A DNA stretch of 64,000 nucleotides from Minisyncoccota bacterium (GCA_043776915.1 JAYVQT010000003.1:26187-90186); one strand, 5' to 3'. Shown: positions 47,031 through 57,703, numbered from the stretch's first letter. Program-made: numbers and translations. Notes: a model not told the origin generated them from the sequence alone.

Positions 47031-48167
47031 CTATCGTACAACCTTTGAAAGTAAAGGATTTATGCGGGTCGTAATCTCATAGTGTATGGTCCCCGCTTGC
47101 TCTGCTACTTCCTCAGCTGTAATTTCCTCTTTCCCTTGTGTACCGAGTATCACTACTTCATCTTCGGGTAATACGTCGACAATACCCGACACATCAACAA
47201 CGAACATATTCATAGCTACTCGACCGAGAATCAAAGCTCGTACACCATGAATCAAGACTGCACCTTTATTCGACATAGATCTTGGTACTCCATCTGAATA
47301 GCCTTGCGGTATGACAGCAATTATTGTTGGTCTTTTTGTAAAATAAGTAAGACCATAGCCGACCGAATGACCTTTCGGTAATAGTTTCACTTGAGCGACA
47401 TGAGTGACCCATCGAGCCACTGGTAATAATGCAATCTTTTTCTTCCACATTTTTTCGAGTTCAGGACTCGGCCACATACCATAGAGACCGATACCGATGC
47501 GAACGATAGCATTGAGACCATTATTTTTTTCATATGCGAGGACTCCTGATGTTGCTGAAATATGAGTCTTGATTTTAGTATACCCATGTAATCGAAAAAT
47601 TTTAAGCACGTTTTCGTATTCTTTTATTTGCTTCTCCGCATGAGAAAAGTCAGTTGTATCTTCAATATTAGCAAAGTGAGAATACACCCCGTCAATTACA
47701 AGATTTTTCATCTTCTTGATTTCTGTAAGAAATGTATCAACCTGTGAAGAAAGTATTCCCTCTCTTCCTAAGTATGAATCGACACTTATATGTACTTTCT
47801 GCTTTTTGCCAAGGATGCGCGAACTTTCATTAATGAGAAGTATGTGATGAAAATCAAAAACTGATAAAATACACCCAAGATTTATCGCCCGAGCGATATC
47901 ATTCTTAGCTACATAACCCAACACCAGAATAGGTTTCTTTGTAACAGTGCGTACACGTGCTAACTCTTCAATACTGTTCACCTGAAAGTAGTCGACAAAG
48001 GGCGCAAGTATTGGCACAACTTCGGTATCACCATGACCGTAGGCATTCGCTTTTACCACTGCTGCAATTTTTGTCCCTTCTTTTACAATACGCCGAAACT
48101 GCGTGATGTTATGAATCAAATTTTTCTTGGAAAGTTCGATGTATGAAAGAGGAAGTGACTTAGCCAT
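47031..48167 (-). CDS. alr: Alanine racemase
   Basis: AVVKANAYGHG, YSHFA, R.GI.LYG, GY.DG and GRV.M motifs. Confidence 0.96.
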   Translation of the reverse strand: MAKSLPLSYIELSKKNLIHNITQFRRIVKEGTKIAAVVKANAYGHGDTEVVPILAPFVDYFQVNSIEELARVRTVTKKPILVLGYVAKNDIARAINLGCILSVFDFHHILLINESSRILGKKQKVHISVDSYLGREGILSSQVDTFLTEIKKMKNLVIDGVYSHFANIEDTTDFSHAEKQIKEYENVLKIFRLHGYTKIKTHISATSGVLAYEKNNGLNAIVRIGIGLYGMWPSPELEKMWKKKIALLPVARWVTHVAQVKLLPKGHSVGYGLTYFTKRPTIIAVIPQGYSDGVPRSMSNKGAVLIHGVRALILGRVAMNMFVVDVSGIVDVLPEDEVVILGTQGKEEITAEEVAEQAGTIHYEITTRINPLLSKVVR

Positions 48168-48927
48168 TTTTATTCTTAAAATTAGTTTCAACTAATATCT
48201 CAGCTAATTTCTTTACATCCTCCCGTGCTTCATTGATTTTATCTTGAGAGTATATTGTCTTCTCACCTAAAACATTCTCAGGTAATTTTATGTCTGAAAC
48301 ATGTTGATTAGCATGAGACGAAAGTACATCCCCATAATTTTTCAATACTCCAGACAAATTAGGTTGATGGAAAATTTCGGGTTTGCCAAAAGATCCAAAA
48401 TAAATATGGTCTTTTACTTCTGGGGTATATTCAAATTCTTTTTCATTGTAAATAGCGCAACTTGCTATATCGTACTCTATATCGTTATTTTTTAGAGCAT
48501 TACAAATTGCGCTTATTGAACCTCCCGTTTCGACGAAATCAGTCACTATCAATGCTTTTTTCTTACCCGAGGCATTCATTTTTACATATTCAGTAAATTC
48601 TCTAGATATCTTACTGTTACCATATTTATATCTGGCCCCGGCCATGAATAACAGCTTTGGGTTTTCTTCTCCGTACACCTTTTTAAAAATCTGATCGAAA
48701 ACAAGGGCAGGGATTCTACCCGAAGCATCTTCGCCGATAAGAAGATCGTACTCATGATTTTCTATTTTCTGCTCTATCCCCTTTTCAAGTATTTTAGAAA
48801 TGGGTTTAAAAAGATGGGTTATCTCAATATTTTTTATCGTATCAAGTCTTGCATTGATTTGATTAATTTCTTCTTGTTTCAGGTTCAGATTTAGATTTAG
48901 CTCGAAGTTAATTTTAGGCTCTGACAT
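48160..48927 (-). CDS. Hypothetical protein with a phosphoribosyltransferase-like fold
   Basis: PRPP-loop-like ALIVTDFVETGGSI and LIGEDASGRIP; AT-rich. Confidence 0.6.
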   Translation of the reverse strand: MSEPKINFELNLNLNLKQEEINQINARLDTIKNIEITHLFKPISKILEKGIEQKIENHEYDLLIGEDASGRIPALVFDQIFKKVYGEENPKLLFMAGARYKYGNSKISREFTEYVKMNASGKKKALIVTDFVETGGSISAICNALKNNDIEYDIASCAIYNEKEFEYTPEVKDHIYFGSFGKPEIFHQPNLSGVLKNYGDVLSSHANQHVSDIKLPENVLGEKTIYSQDKINEAREDVKKLAEILVETNFKNKNG

Positions 48928-48977
48928 AAGACCATTCTAGCATTTTACGTATAGTTTGGTATACTAGCCGAGTAAAT

Positions 48978-49059
48978 GCCAGAGTGGCGAAATTGGTAAC
49001 CGCAATCGACTCAAAATCGATCGTCGCAAGACTTGGGAGTTCGAGTCTCCCCTCTGGCA
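48978..49059 (+). tRNA. tRNA-Leu(CAA)
   Basis: GCCAGAG/CTCTGGC acceptor stem, ATCGA-CTCAAAA-TCGAT anticodon arm, long variable arm, GTTCGAGTC. Confidence 0.95.
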
Positions 49060-49068
49060 CATATGTAT

Positions 49069-50091
49069 TTAGACAAACTCAGGTTCAGCTTCAAGTAAGA
49101 TGCCAAATTTATCAAATACAATTTTGATGATTTCATCACGGGTGTTCTCCACATCGCTTCGTGTGGCACCACCAGTGTTTATAAGTACCATAGCGTTATT
49201 TACATACGAAGAAATAGTACCAAATTTTTTACCTTTTAATCCCGCAGTTTCAATAAGAAAGCCTGCGGGTACCTTCGTGTGAGTTTTATCAACAGAGAAT
49301 GTTATCATAGTAGGATATAACTCCATAAGCTTTTTTGCTGTTTCATTCTGAACAATCGGATTCTTAAAAAATGAGCCTACATTTGAGATCTCTTTGGGAT
49401 TGGGTAATTTTATACTACGAATAGCTATAATTGCGCTGCGAATTTCTTGAAGTGTTGGATTAGTAATCTTTTTCTCATCAAAATATTTCTTTACCTCTGG
49501 ATACTGAGGAATCGTAGGCACTACCTTTAACAGGCGTAGAATTGTACTTGTAATTACATATCGTCGTTTTTCTTTTCCTTTAAAAATACTATTTCTATAT
49601 GAAAACTCACACTCGGCATTTGTAAATGTTTTCCATACGTTCTTCGTCGTATCAAATACCTCTAAGGATACTAGTGTATCCTTAATCTCTTGTCCGTATG
49701 CGCCAACGTTCTGTACAGGAGTCGCACCAGTTGTGCCAGGAATTGCTGAAAGCGCTTCAATACCTGATAGATTCATAGCAACTGTACGGGCAACAACAGA
49801 ATCCCAATTCTCTCCAGCGCCAATTTTTATATCAGTATAATTTTCTTCGTCATGTATAATTTCAAAACCTTCAAATTGAATATGGACTACAACTTTCTCA
49901 AACACTCCATCAGGAAAAACTATATTTGAGCCTCCACCAAGAATATGCACCGGTATATTTTTCTCTTGTGCAAATTGGTAGAGTGCTGGCAACTCAGCCA
50001 CATCATGTACTTCGGTAAAATAGCGACACTGCCCTCCAACTTTGAAAGTGCAATAGTTCTTGATATCCACATATTCTTTGATAGCTAACAT
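49069..50091 (-). CDS. murB: UDP-N-acetylenolpyruvoylglucosamine reductase
   Basis: LGGGSN, IPGT.GA.PVQNVGAYG, F.YR.S.FK, GSFFKNP and LE.E motifs. Confidence 0.96.
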   Translation of the reverse strand: MLAIKEYVDIKNYCTFKVGGQCRYFTEVHDVAELPALYQFAQEKNIPVHILGGGSNIVFPDGVFEKVVVHIQFEGFEIIHDEENYTDIKIGAGENWDSVVARTVAMNLSGIEALSAIPGTTGATPVQNVGAYGQEIKDTLVSLEVFDTTKNVWKTFTNAECEFSYRNSIFKGKEKRRYVITSTILRLLKVVPTIPQYPEVKKYFDEKKITNPTLQEIRSAIIAIRSIKLPNPKEISNVGSFFKNPIVQNETAKKLMELYPTMITFSVDKTHTKVPAGFLIETAGLKGKKFGTISSYVNNAMVLINTGGATRSDVENTRDEIIKIVFDKFGILLEAEPEFV

Positions 50092-50099
50092 ATTGCTAT

Positions 50100-50117
50100 T
50101 ATATCATATATGATATA
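50100..50117. promoter_or_regulatory. Perfect 18-bp palindrome, candidate operator
   Basis: TATATCATA/TATGATATA in the 54-nt divergent murB/murA spacer. Confidence 0.4.
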
Positions 50118-50145
50118 CAATAATCAAATAACAATATATTCAGAT

Positions 50146-51654
50146 ATGAAAAAAACACAAACACAGAAAATAGGCTTCTTTATCAGAGAGTTGCGAGAAA
50201 AGAAAAAGCTGACTCAAGAGGCATTTGCCCAAGAACTTGGCACATCTCAATCAGCTGTCGCCCGAATGGAGAAAGGCGAGCAAAACTTCACTACCGAATT
50301 ACTTTCTAAAATAAGTGGAATACTCGAGCATCAAATTGTATCTATAAATAAATCTATGGATTTTCAAGTAGTTGGTGGTAAGAAATTACACGGCAGTATC
50401 ACGACGACATTTTCCAAAAATGGTTCTGTTGGTTTACTGTGCGCTACACTTTTAAACAAAGGAACCACAACACTCCACGGCATTGCTCGAATCGAAGAAG
50501 TCTATCGTGTGATTGAAATACTCGAAAGTATTGGTGTCGAAATAAAATGGACAGCTCCCAATACCGTCGTCGTCACACCACCCAAAATATTTACACTGAG
50601 TTCACTCAATGTGGAATCAGCAATTAAAACCCGATCAATCATAATGCTGATTGGTCCGTTAATCCATATATTACCTTCATTCTCTATCCCTCACGCTCAA
50701 GGATGCAAGCTCGGCAAGCGCACGATCTCAGCTCATACATACGCACTCGAAGAGCTTGGTGTTAAAATTAAAACCACAAATACTACATATGAAGTACATA
50801 TGACGAAGCTTAAGTCCTCTGATATTATCATGTACGAATCAGGCGACACTGCCTGCGAAAATATCCTCATGGCTGCGTCAAAAATTGAAGGAACCACAAC
50901 TATTGAATGTGCGAGTGGTAACTATATGGTTCAGGAAGTCGGCTTCTTTCTTCAAGCACTCGGCGTAAAAATCGAAGGTATCGGCTCAGGCACGCTTATC
51001 GTTCACGGAGTAAAAGATATACATATAAATCTTGAATACCATAATAGTGAAGACCCTATTGAATCGATGATGTTCATCTCCGCTGCGATAGCAACAGATT
51101 CCGAGCTTACTATACATCGTTGCCCGATAGATTTTCTAACACTTGAACTGTATCGACTCAAGAAAATGGGATTAAAATACAAAGTCCTTAAAAAATACGT
51201 TTCTAGGAATGAAAAAACAAAACTCGTCGATATACAAATTATGCCGAGTATTCTAAAAGCCCCATATGATAAAATTCATGCAAATCCATATCCTGGAATC
51301 AACATCGATAATCTTCCCTTCTTTGTGCCAATCGCTATACGAGCCCAAGGTACAACACTTATTCATGATTGGTTCTATGAGAATCGTGCAATTTATGCGA
51401 CCGAACTCAATAGGCTCGGAGCCAACGTTACTCTCGTCGATGCTCATCGTGTCTATATCACAGGAGGCACACCTCTTACTGCTGCCCAAGTCGTCTGCCC
51501 GCCAGCACTTCGCCCTTCTATGGTTATCCTGATATCAATGCTCGCTGCCGAAGGCACTTCTATACTTCGCAATGTCTATATGATAAAACGAGGCTATGAG
51601 GACGTCGCTGAGCGCTTGAACTCCATCGGTGCAGAGATTACCATACTGAAATAA
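50146..51654 (+). CDS. murA: XRE-HTH fused UDP-N-acetylglucosamine 1-carboxyvinyltransferase
   Basis: N-terminal LRE...LTQ..FA..LGTSQSAVARMEKG HTH, then SKN, GCKLGKR (active-site Cys), PYPG and RGYE motifs. Confidence 0.93.
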   Translation: MKKTQTQKIGFFIRELREKKKLTQEAFAQELGTSQSAVARMEKGEQNFTTELLSKISGILEHQIVSINKSMDFQVVGGKKLHGSITTTFSKNGSVGLLCATLLNKGTTTLHGIARIEEVYRVIEILESIGVEIKWTAPNTVVVTPPKIFTLSSLNVESAIKTRSIIMLIGPLIHILPSFSIPHAQGCKLGKRTISAHTYALEELGVKIKTTNTTYEVHMTKLKSSDIIMYESGDTACENILMAASKIEGTTTIECASGNYMVQEVGFFLQALGVKIEGIGSGTLIVHGVKDIHINLEYHNSEDPIESMMFISAAIATDSELTIHRCPIDFLTLELYRLKKMGLKYKVLKKYVSRNEKTKLVDIQIMPSILKAPYDKIHANPYPGINIDNLPFFVPIAIRAQGTTLIHDWFYENRAIYATELNRLGANVTLVDAHRVYITGGTPLTAAQVVCPPALRPSMVILISMLAAEGTSILRNVYMIKRGYEDVAERLNSIGAEITILK

Positions 51655-51703
51655 TACCCTAAAATTTAGACAAGAATAATAAAATATTTACTAGCTTTTG
51701 GTT

Positions 51704-52486
51704 TTATATTTTCTTAACCTCAAAACACATAAAGAGTGGAATCTCTTTGCGAGCTATATCTTCTGCTTTTTGGCGAGGTCCATTCTGGCTTTGCTTGTGG
51801 GAAATCCACTCTTCGAGGCGAGAAACGGCAAAGCCATTCTTGGCAAATAACTTTACATAGTACTGAAGTGGTCGGTGAAATGAAATTGTTTTAATTTTCT
51901 TTTTAATATCTTTCTCGCCCGGCGTCATATCGATCGATACTTTTGTTTCAGAAAGATATTTGCCGATAATCCGATACTGTGTCCCATCTTTAAAATACCA
52001 GTCGCTTCCTTGTGGTACACGAAAACTTGGGTGATTCAATACGAAGACAATCCTACCAGTCTTTTTTAAAATACGCTTGCACTCCATGAGTACTTCATTC
52101 ACATTCTCAATATTCTGAATTGAAAGAATAATAGTAATAACATCAATTGAATTATCTTTCAGAAATAGCGCCTTATGAGCTGGTGTAGTATAAAATTTTA
52201 TATCTTTTGGAGAATTCTTTATAGCTGCCTCAATCAACTTCTTTGATAAGTCAGAAGCGGTGATGGTCGCACCACTTTTGTAAAATAGATTTGTGAAATA
52301 ACCCTGTCCGCATGCTAGATCGTACACCTGCTCACCTTTCTTTAAATCAAGTACACGAAGTAAGTTCGGTGCAATAACTTTCGACTGATAGCTATCAGTG
52401 TCATTCTTTAAAAGGTCATCGTACCAGTTGGCAACGTTGTTCCATGAAGTATCTTTTAGTTTCTTATGCAAAGGATTATTATTCAT
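51704..52486 (-). CDS. Class I SAM-dependent methyltransferase
   Basis: VYDLACGQG motif I, D.S..LI, R.LK..G and HRPL..Y. Confidence 0.9.
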   Translation of the reverse strand: MNNNPLHKKLKDTSWNNVANWYDDLLKNDTDSYQSKVIAPNLLRVLDLKKGEQVYDLACGQGYFTNLFYKSGATITASDLSKKLIEAAIKNSPKDIKFYTTPAHKALFLKDNSIDVITIILSIQNIENVNEVLMECKRILKKTGRIVFVLNHPSFRVPQGSDWYFKDGTQYRIIGKYLSETKVSIDMTPGEKDIKKKIKTISFHRPLQYYVKLFAKNGFAVSRLEEWISHKQSQNGPRQKAEDIARKEIPLFMCFEVKKI

Positions 52487-52542
52487 GTGCCTAGTATAGC
52501 AAAAATTCTTTAAAAACCTGCTTCCTCGACAGTATGTAAAAA

Positions 52543-54009
52543 CTATTCAATAATAGTCATGTCTGATGCGGTAAGTCCTTTATCTAAGTCATCATGAGTG
52601 GAAGTTTTCTTACGGAGAAGAATGACACTTGCAATTGCAATAATTATAATAAAAATAAGTCCTATCTCAGTCAACATATTGTTTGATATTTTCACCTTTG
52701 CATTATCAGCGCTTGCCCCGAGAGTATTTAGGTCGATAACTCCGGGTTCTGCCATTTTTATCTTTTCTAGTTGCATCATCTCTTCTGTATTTGGTATTGA
52801 TTGTATTTTATTTTCAACTGATGCGCTGTGCTGTATGGGAACTTTTATTTTCGAAAGAGTCGGAGTAGTCAGTGGATAAAAGGCTGTATTTTCCCTATAT
52901 GGATTTTGAAGTGTAACTGATTTTAAATCTTCTGCTATAAAACCTGTTCGTCGTGGTGAGAATTTTAATTTATTTTTGGGTAACATTATTGTATTACCCG
53001 GAATAGTAAAACTATGAGTAACTCCTTGTACAGTCCAGTTAGAAATATCTATCTCATAGCCGGATTTATTCTCGAGCTCGATATATGGATCGGTCTCAGC
53101 ACCAACAGAGCTAATAGAAATCTCAGGTGAAACAACTTTTATAATCATTCGATCGGTTGCATCGGGGTGACTTACCCAATAATTGGAATAATATGAAAGA
53201 GACAAAACGTAGTCACCGGGATAATCATATGTGTAGGTGAATTCTTTCTGTTCACTAAGAGTAGTTATCATACCGTCACCGAAATTCCAGACAAATTTTC
53301 CTCGTGTGAGTGGCTCTTTACTGAGGCCGAGCGTTTGGGCGTCAACAGTAAAAGACAAACCTGAAAACACAATATTCTTCGAAAGAATATTGGTGGTGAT
53401 TTTTGGTATCTCAACTTCTTTTTTTATGACTGGTTTTATTGACACAGAAGTACTCGCTCCTCCACCTCCAGCAGAAGTCATAGTCACTCCATTAGTACTT
53501 CCTGGTTGATTATCCTTACCAGGAGTAGGAGGAGCGCCTGACCACGATCCATTCAAAAATTGAAGTGAATTCCCATCCCCTGCTGCTCCTTGGCTTGAAG
53601 CAAAGATAACTGAGCTCACAATATTTTGATCAGGATCTTTCAGTGCAATCGTCTCACTATCATTATTAAACCCCGTCCAACTACTATCAAACAAGAGCCC
53701 AGAATAATGTGACCAATCAGCTTTAAATTTGGGAGTATTTTGTGCAATGACTGCATAACCACCAGCCGGTACTTCGGACAATCCTTGTGGTACGAGCGCA
53801 TGCTTAGTATTGTCTGAGAAAAAATACCACTTAGAAAGATCAGCAGGAGCAGTACTTGTATTATGCACTTCAATCCATTCACGATTCGTATCAGTTCCCT
53901 CAAGATCATACATAATCTCTGAAATTTCAAAGCTCGCTACTACCAAATGAGGCAACAAGAAAAGGACTAGTAGTAAAGCCAGATGTAGTTTTATTATTTT
54001 CTGAGACAT
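52543..54009 (-). CDS. Surface protein with lamin-tail domain(s), a PKD domain and a C-terminal TM anchor
   Basis: Signal peptide, ISEIMYD..G.D..REWIE..N, TPG, WNFGDG...YDYPG.Y, a second YIEL.N...DIS.W, and a TM. Confidence 0.85.
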   Translation of the reverse strand: MSQKIIKLHLALLLVLFLLPHLVVASFEISEIMYDLEGTDTNREWIEVHNTSTAPADLSKWYFFSDNTKHALVPQGLSEVPAGGYAVIAQNTPKFKADWSHYSGLLFDSSWTGFNNDSETIALKDPDQNIVSSVIFASSQGAAGDGNSLQFLNGSWSGAPPTPGKDNQPGSTNGVTMTSAGGGGASTSVSIKPVIKKEVEIPKITTNILSKNIVFSGLSFTVDAQTLGLSKEPLTRGKFVWNFGDGMITTLSEQKEFTYTYDYPGDYVLSLSYYSNYWVSHPDATDRMIIKVVSPEISISSVGAETDPYIELENKSGYEIDISNWTVQGVTHSFTIPGNTIMLPKNKLKFSPRRTGFIAEDLKSVTLQNPYRENTAFYPLTTPTLSKIKVPIQHSASVENKIQSIPNTEEMMQLEKIKMAEPGVIDLNTLGASADNAKVKISNNMLTEIGLIFIIIIAIASVILLRKKTSTHDDLDKGLTASDMTIIE

Positions 54010-54021
54010 AGAGTGAGGATA

Positions 54022-56322
54022 TTATTCTAGTACTTTGAGTAATACTTCTTCAGGAACCTCTTTTCCGGCCACACGTTTCTGCCATTGACTACGTGGGATA
54101 TTTTGATTAGATTGATTCGTTTGTACAGAAGGACGTGATACTGCCTCCGGTTCAGATTTTGTTTCTACCGGATCAGGTTTCGGCATTGTAACTGATACGT
54201 TGGTATGAACCGTCACATTATGAATTGGCGTCGGCGCCACTGCTTCTGGTTCTGGTTCTGGAATCGGAATTGCCAGGCGCGTAACTGGAATTTCAACTTT
54301 TAGTGGAACTGGTTCTACGGCCGGTACGGGATGAGCTATTGCTTTCATTAAAAGTTCTTTCAGTGATGCTTTCTTATCTTCGGATGCTTCTTTAGTTGGA
54401 AGATGTATCGCGGTAGTATGATGAGACTTTTTTAATGTCGAAAGAGATACTGGAACAGCTGTAGCAGCTTTGACTGGAATTGCCTGTGGTGAAATTTTCG
54501 GCGCTGACTTTTTATGATCATCTTCAATTTTTTCAAGTAAACCTTTTAAAAGTGGCGATGGACCTACATGCTTACGCTCAACTGGCGTATACGTTGGACG
54601 ATTATTTTGTATTGATGCTCGTGGAGCCGAAGAATTGGTAGTTTTATTTTGTGTTTGCGGCAAAGGATTTAGGGGTACTGAACGCGGAGAACTTGTTGGA
54701 TATTTTTGCTGAATTTGTTGGATAGGTTGAGCGTCTCTGATCGGTCGCTGCGATAGAGCGCTCGGGGCTTTTGCTCCAGTATCAGCAAATTCAATACCAA
54801 GCATTGCAAGCGGTGCAGTTGAATTCTTTTCATCTTGGCGAGCTGAACGCGTAGCCACAAAGCCAGTCTGAGGCTTGAGCTCTCCGCTCTTAATCTTAAA
54901 CATACAATCTTTACAATAGACTGGTCGGCCCTCTTTCGGCTCGAATGGCACCATGGTTACTTTACCGCAGTTTGAGCAGTCAGCTTTAAACTTCGCCGCT
55001 TCATCACCAACTTGGAGCATACCGCTCCACTTTGATATTTCATTTTCAACTTCTTCACGGGGTCGAGCATAAAGCGAACGTGACATATCTATAATCTTTT
55101 CTTTGACTCCAGCTGATGGATCAATCGTCATCGGTGGAAGAGTGCTTGCCGAGAATGGTCGACTGGTTACGCCGTCAATCATGAGCTTCAAGTAGACGTG
55201 GTAGTTCGGCAAATTCACTAAGTCTTGCGCCGTAAACTCAGGCTCAAATTCTTTCTCAATAAATTCGGCATCATCGGCACCAACGCGGAAGATAACCATC
55301 GTGCCGACGTTACCAAAAACAGCATCACGGACTGCTGTACCATTTTCATTCGATAGTTGAGCTGTATACTGGTGAGCAATAATTAAATTGAGGCGATACT
55401 TACGAGCCTCAGAGAGAATGTTGGCAAATGAATCGGTCGCGAAGTTCTGGAATTCGTCAACATAGAGATAGAAATCTTTACGCTCATCTTCGGGAATACG
55501 CACGCGCTCCATGGCGGCGAGCTGAATTTTCGTAATAATCATACCTCCAAGAAGTGCTGAGTTATCTTCACCGACGCGCCCTTTTGAAACGTTCACGAGA
55601 AATATCTTCCCTTCGTTCATGATTTTAAATATATCAATCGTCGACTTTGACTGCCCGACAACATTACGAATAATAGATGTTGAGAGGAATTGGCCAACTT
55701 TGTTCTGAATTGGGGCAATGGCTTCATTACGGAATTGCTCACGCCACTGCTCGTACTCATGAACCCAGAAAGCTTTGACCACTGGATCTTTCAAGTTGCC
55801 GATAATCATCTGGCGATAATCTTTGTCGACAAGCAGACGCGGAATACCAAGGAGTGTCGTACCAGGAGTGTCGAGAAGTGCTAAGATAGCATTATTGAGA
55901 ATGTACTCCATACGAGAACTCCAGGCATTGGCCCAAATCTTTGTAAAAATTCCCATCAATCCTGAAGCGACCAAGTGCTTATACTTTGGATCATCGAGCG
56001 CAATGACATTGAATCCGACATTAAAATCAACATCAGCAGGATTAAAGTAGATGACATCTTTGGCACGATGATCAGGAATCAGATGAAGAATTTCTTCCAC
56101 AAGCTCACCGTGCGGATCCACCACACAAACACCCTCGCCATTATTGATATTCTGAACAATCAGATTTGAAAGGAGGACTGACTTACCTGTACCTGACTTT
56201 CCAAGTACATACATATGCTGACGACGATCGCGTCTCTTGATCCCAAAGGCATTCTTGGTGTTACGAAAATTCGTCCGACCGAAGTAAGTGATGTCTCGAT
56301 TTTGTGGGATATCGTTGTTCAT
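54022..56322 (-). CDS. VirD4/TraD/HerA-like P-loop ATPase with a CxxC-x17-CxxC domain and a Pro-rich tail
   Basis: Walker A GKSGTGKS, DPHGE, Walker B LYVDEFQNF, SEARKY.L, and CSNC-x17-CKDC. Confidence 0.88.
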   Translation of the reverse strand: MNNDIPQNRDITYFGRTNFRNTKNAFGIKRRDRRQHMYVLGKSGTGKSVLLSNLIVQNINNGEGVCVVDPHGELVEEILHLIPDHRAKDVIYFNPADVDFNVGFNVIALDDPKYKHLVASGLMGIFTKIWANAWSSRMEYILNNAILALLDTPGTTLLGIPRLLVDKDYRQMIIGNLKDPVVKAFWVHEYEQWREQFRNEAIAPIQNKVGQFLSTSIIRNVVGQSKSTIDIFKIMNEGKIFLVNVSKGRVGEDNSALLGGMIITKIQLAAMERVRIPEDERKDFYLYVDEFQNFATDSFANILSEARKYRLNLIIAHQYTAQLSNENGTAVRDAVFGNVGTMVIFRVGADDAEFIEKEFEPEFTAQDLVNLPNYHVYLKLMIDGVTSRPFSASTLPPMTIDPSAGVKEKIIDMSRSLYARPREEVENEISKWSGMLQVGDEAAKFKADCSNCGKVTMVPFEPKEGRPVYCKDCMFKIKSGELKPQTGFVATRSARQDEKNSTAPLAMLGIEFADTGAKAPSALSQRPIRDAQPIQQIQQKYPTSSPRSVPLNPLPQTQNKTTNSSAPRASIQNNRPTYTPVERKHVGPSPLLKGLLEKIEDDHKKSAPKISPQAIPVKAATAVPVSLSTLKKSHHTTAIHLPTKEASEDKKASLKELLMKAIAHPVPAVEPVPLKVEIPVTRLAIPIPEPEPEAVAPTPIHNVTVHTNVSVTMPKPDPVETKSEPEAVSRPSVQTNQSNQNIPRSQWQKRVAGKEVPEEVLLKVLE

Positions 56323-56368
56323 AGATTGATCTTATTATACAACAACATGTATCGTTTAAAAAGGGAAA

Positions 56369-56911
56369 TTAAATATACTTCTTCATTGCATTCATTAATT
56401 CAGGAAAAGTATCTTGCGGATAGAAGTGACCTTGGGTGAGCTCACGGTAATCACTTTTTAATTTTACACTTATAAACTGAGCTTCCTCTATTGGAATGAA
56501 TTCATCATCCACCGAACTAAATTGAATAATCCATCTTTGATTTTGTTTTATAGCATTCCAGTCCCATGATCCATCATAGTAGCCACTGACTTTCTCGCTG
56601 TCCAAACCAAGATCAGTATGGCATGGCGCAACCAAAACAGAACCTAAGAGTGTATGGTTCTCAGCATACCGCATAGCCGCTACTGCTCCAGATGAGTGCC
56701 CTATCAGAATAGTATTTTCATTTGTCCCTAAGCTTTCCAGAAACGGTAGCCAGTATGATCGGCGTGCAAGTGCTCCATCGGGGAATGTAGGAGTCAGCAC
56801 TTCGAGCCCTAACTTCTCAAGTTCTATCTTCGCATAAGAAAACCAACCATAGAGTGTATTCCCATCTCCCCCATTCCCTGGTAGAAATATAACTTTAGTA
56901 GTATTTTTCAT
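56369..56911 (-). CDS. RBBP9/YdeN-family alpha/beta hydrolase
   Basis: GHSSG nucleophile elbow, S.DD.FIP and GHF motifs. Confidence 0.9.
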   Translation of the reverse strand: MKNTTKVIFLPGNGGDGNTLYGWFSYAKIELEKLGLEVLTPTFPDGALARRSYWLPFLESLGTNENTILIGHSSGAVAAMRYAENHTLLGSVLVAPCHTDLGLDSEKVSGYYDGSWDWNAIKQNQRWIIQFSSVDDEFIPIEEAQFISVKLKSDYRELTQGHFYPQDTFPELMNAMKKYI

Positions 56912-56929
56912 ATTTTTATAATTAGCTGT

Positions 56930-56965
56930 GTTTACATTTTTTGACAGCCGTCAAAAAATGTAAAC
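56930..56965. terminator. 16-bp perfect hairpin
   Basis: GTTTACATTTTTTGAC-AGCC-GTCAAAAAATGTAAAC directly after the stop of ORF 56967-57542. Confidence 0.65.
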
Positions 56966-56966
56966 G

Positions 56967-57542
56967 TTATGTAGTATGTGTGAGCTTATAGTCAACAATT
57001 TGGCTGACCAGAATACCCCCGAAGCAAATAAGAATATAGCCAGTCATGGCTTCAAGATATGACAGAGGAATGTGGCCAAGCATGCCGAGCACAAAAGCTG
57101 AAAGCCACGACGCCAAAGACACCGAACCAAATGCAAAAGACATCTTGCGAATTTTTACATATTTATGACTCATATTAACGTCAGTAAAGTTAATCTTACG
57201 TAGGGCCGGATGAATGAGTTTTTGAAAAAGATAGCCGTTCACAATAATGACTCCCACAATACTCATTTTCACCAAGAATTTTGGCGAGTGAATATAGCTA
57301 TTCGGATCAGAGAGAAAAAGCGCAAGACCTGACAGAACAATGAAGAATAAACTAGTCCAGACAATGGTTGAGAGTGTACTGAGCGTTCGATCTTCGTTCG
57401 GTTGAATTTTCTTGTCCTTAATATACACATTAAATAAAATATCAGATATCAGCGCTGCGCCCATACCCACAACCACCGAGAGCACGTGAATAATAACTGA
57501 GATATATTTGTAATTACTAAAAAATTCTATTATGTCCTCCAT
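56967..57542 (-). CDS. Hypothetical five-TM membrane protein
   Basis: H.....G.G in TM1, LSG, K...V.....NG and S..SW. Confidence 0.75.
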   Translation of the reverse strand: MEDIIEFFSNYKYISVIIHVLSVVVGMGAALISDILFNVYIKDKKIQPNEDRTLSTLSTIVWTSLFFIVLSGLALFLSDPNSYIHSPKFLVKMSIVGVIIVNGYLFQKLIHPALRKINFTDVNMSHKYVKIRKMSFAFGSVSLASWLSAFVLGMLGHIPLSYLEAMTGYILICFGGILVSQIVDYKLTHTT

Positions 57543-57612
57543 ATGAAAGTATTATACACGAATATACTATTAATTCACTTCCTGCTGATAACACGACTCG
57601 CAATACACAATA

Positions 57613-57703
57613 TCAGGTCGGTCAGATGCATAGGAGGTCTCGAATTTTTTTTGACATATACCTGAATGCTCATGGTTTTCCTGTGTACACATACATGAAC
57701 GAT
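57613..57703. repeat. 91-nt direct repeat, copy 1
   Basis: 90/91 identical to 59779-59869. Confidence 0.95.
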
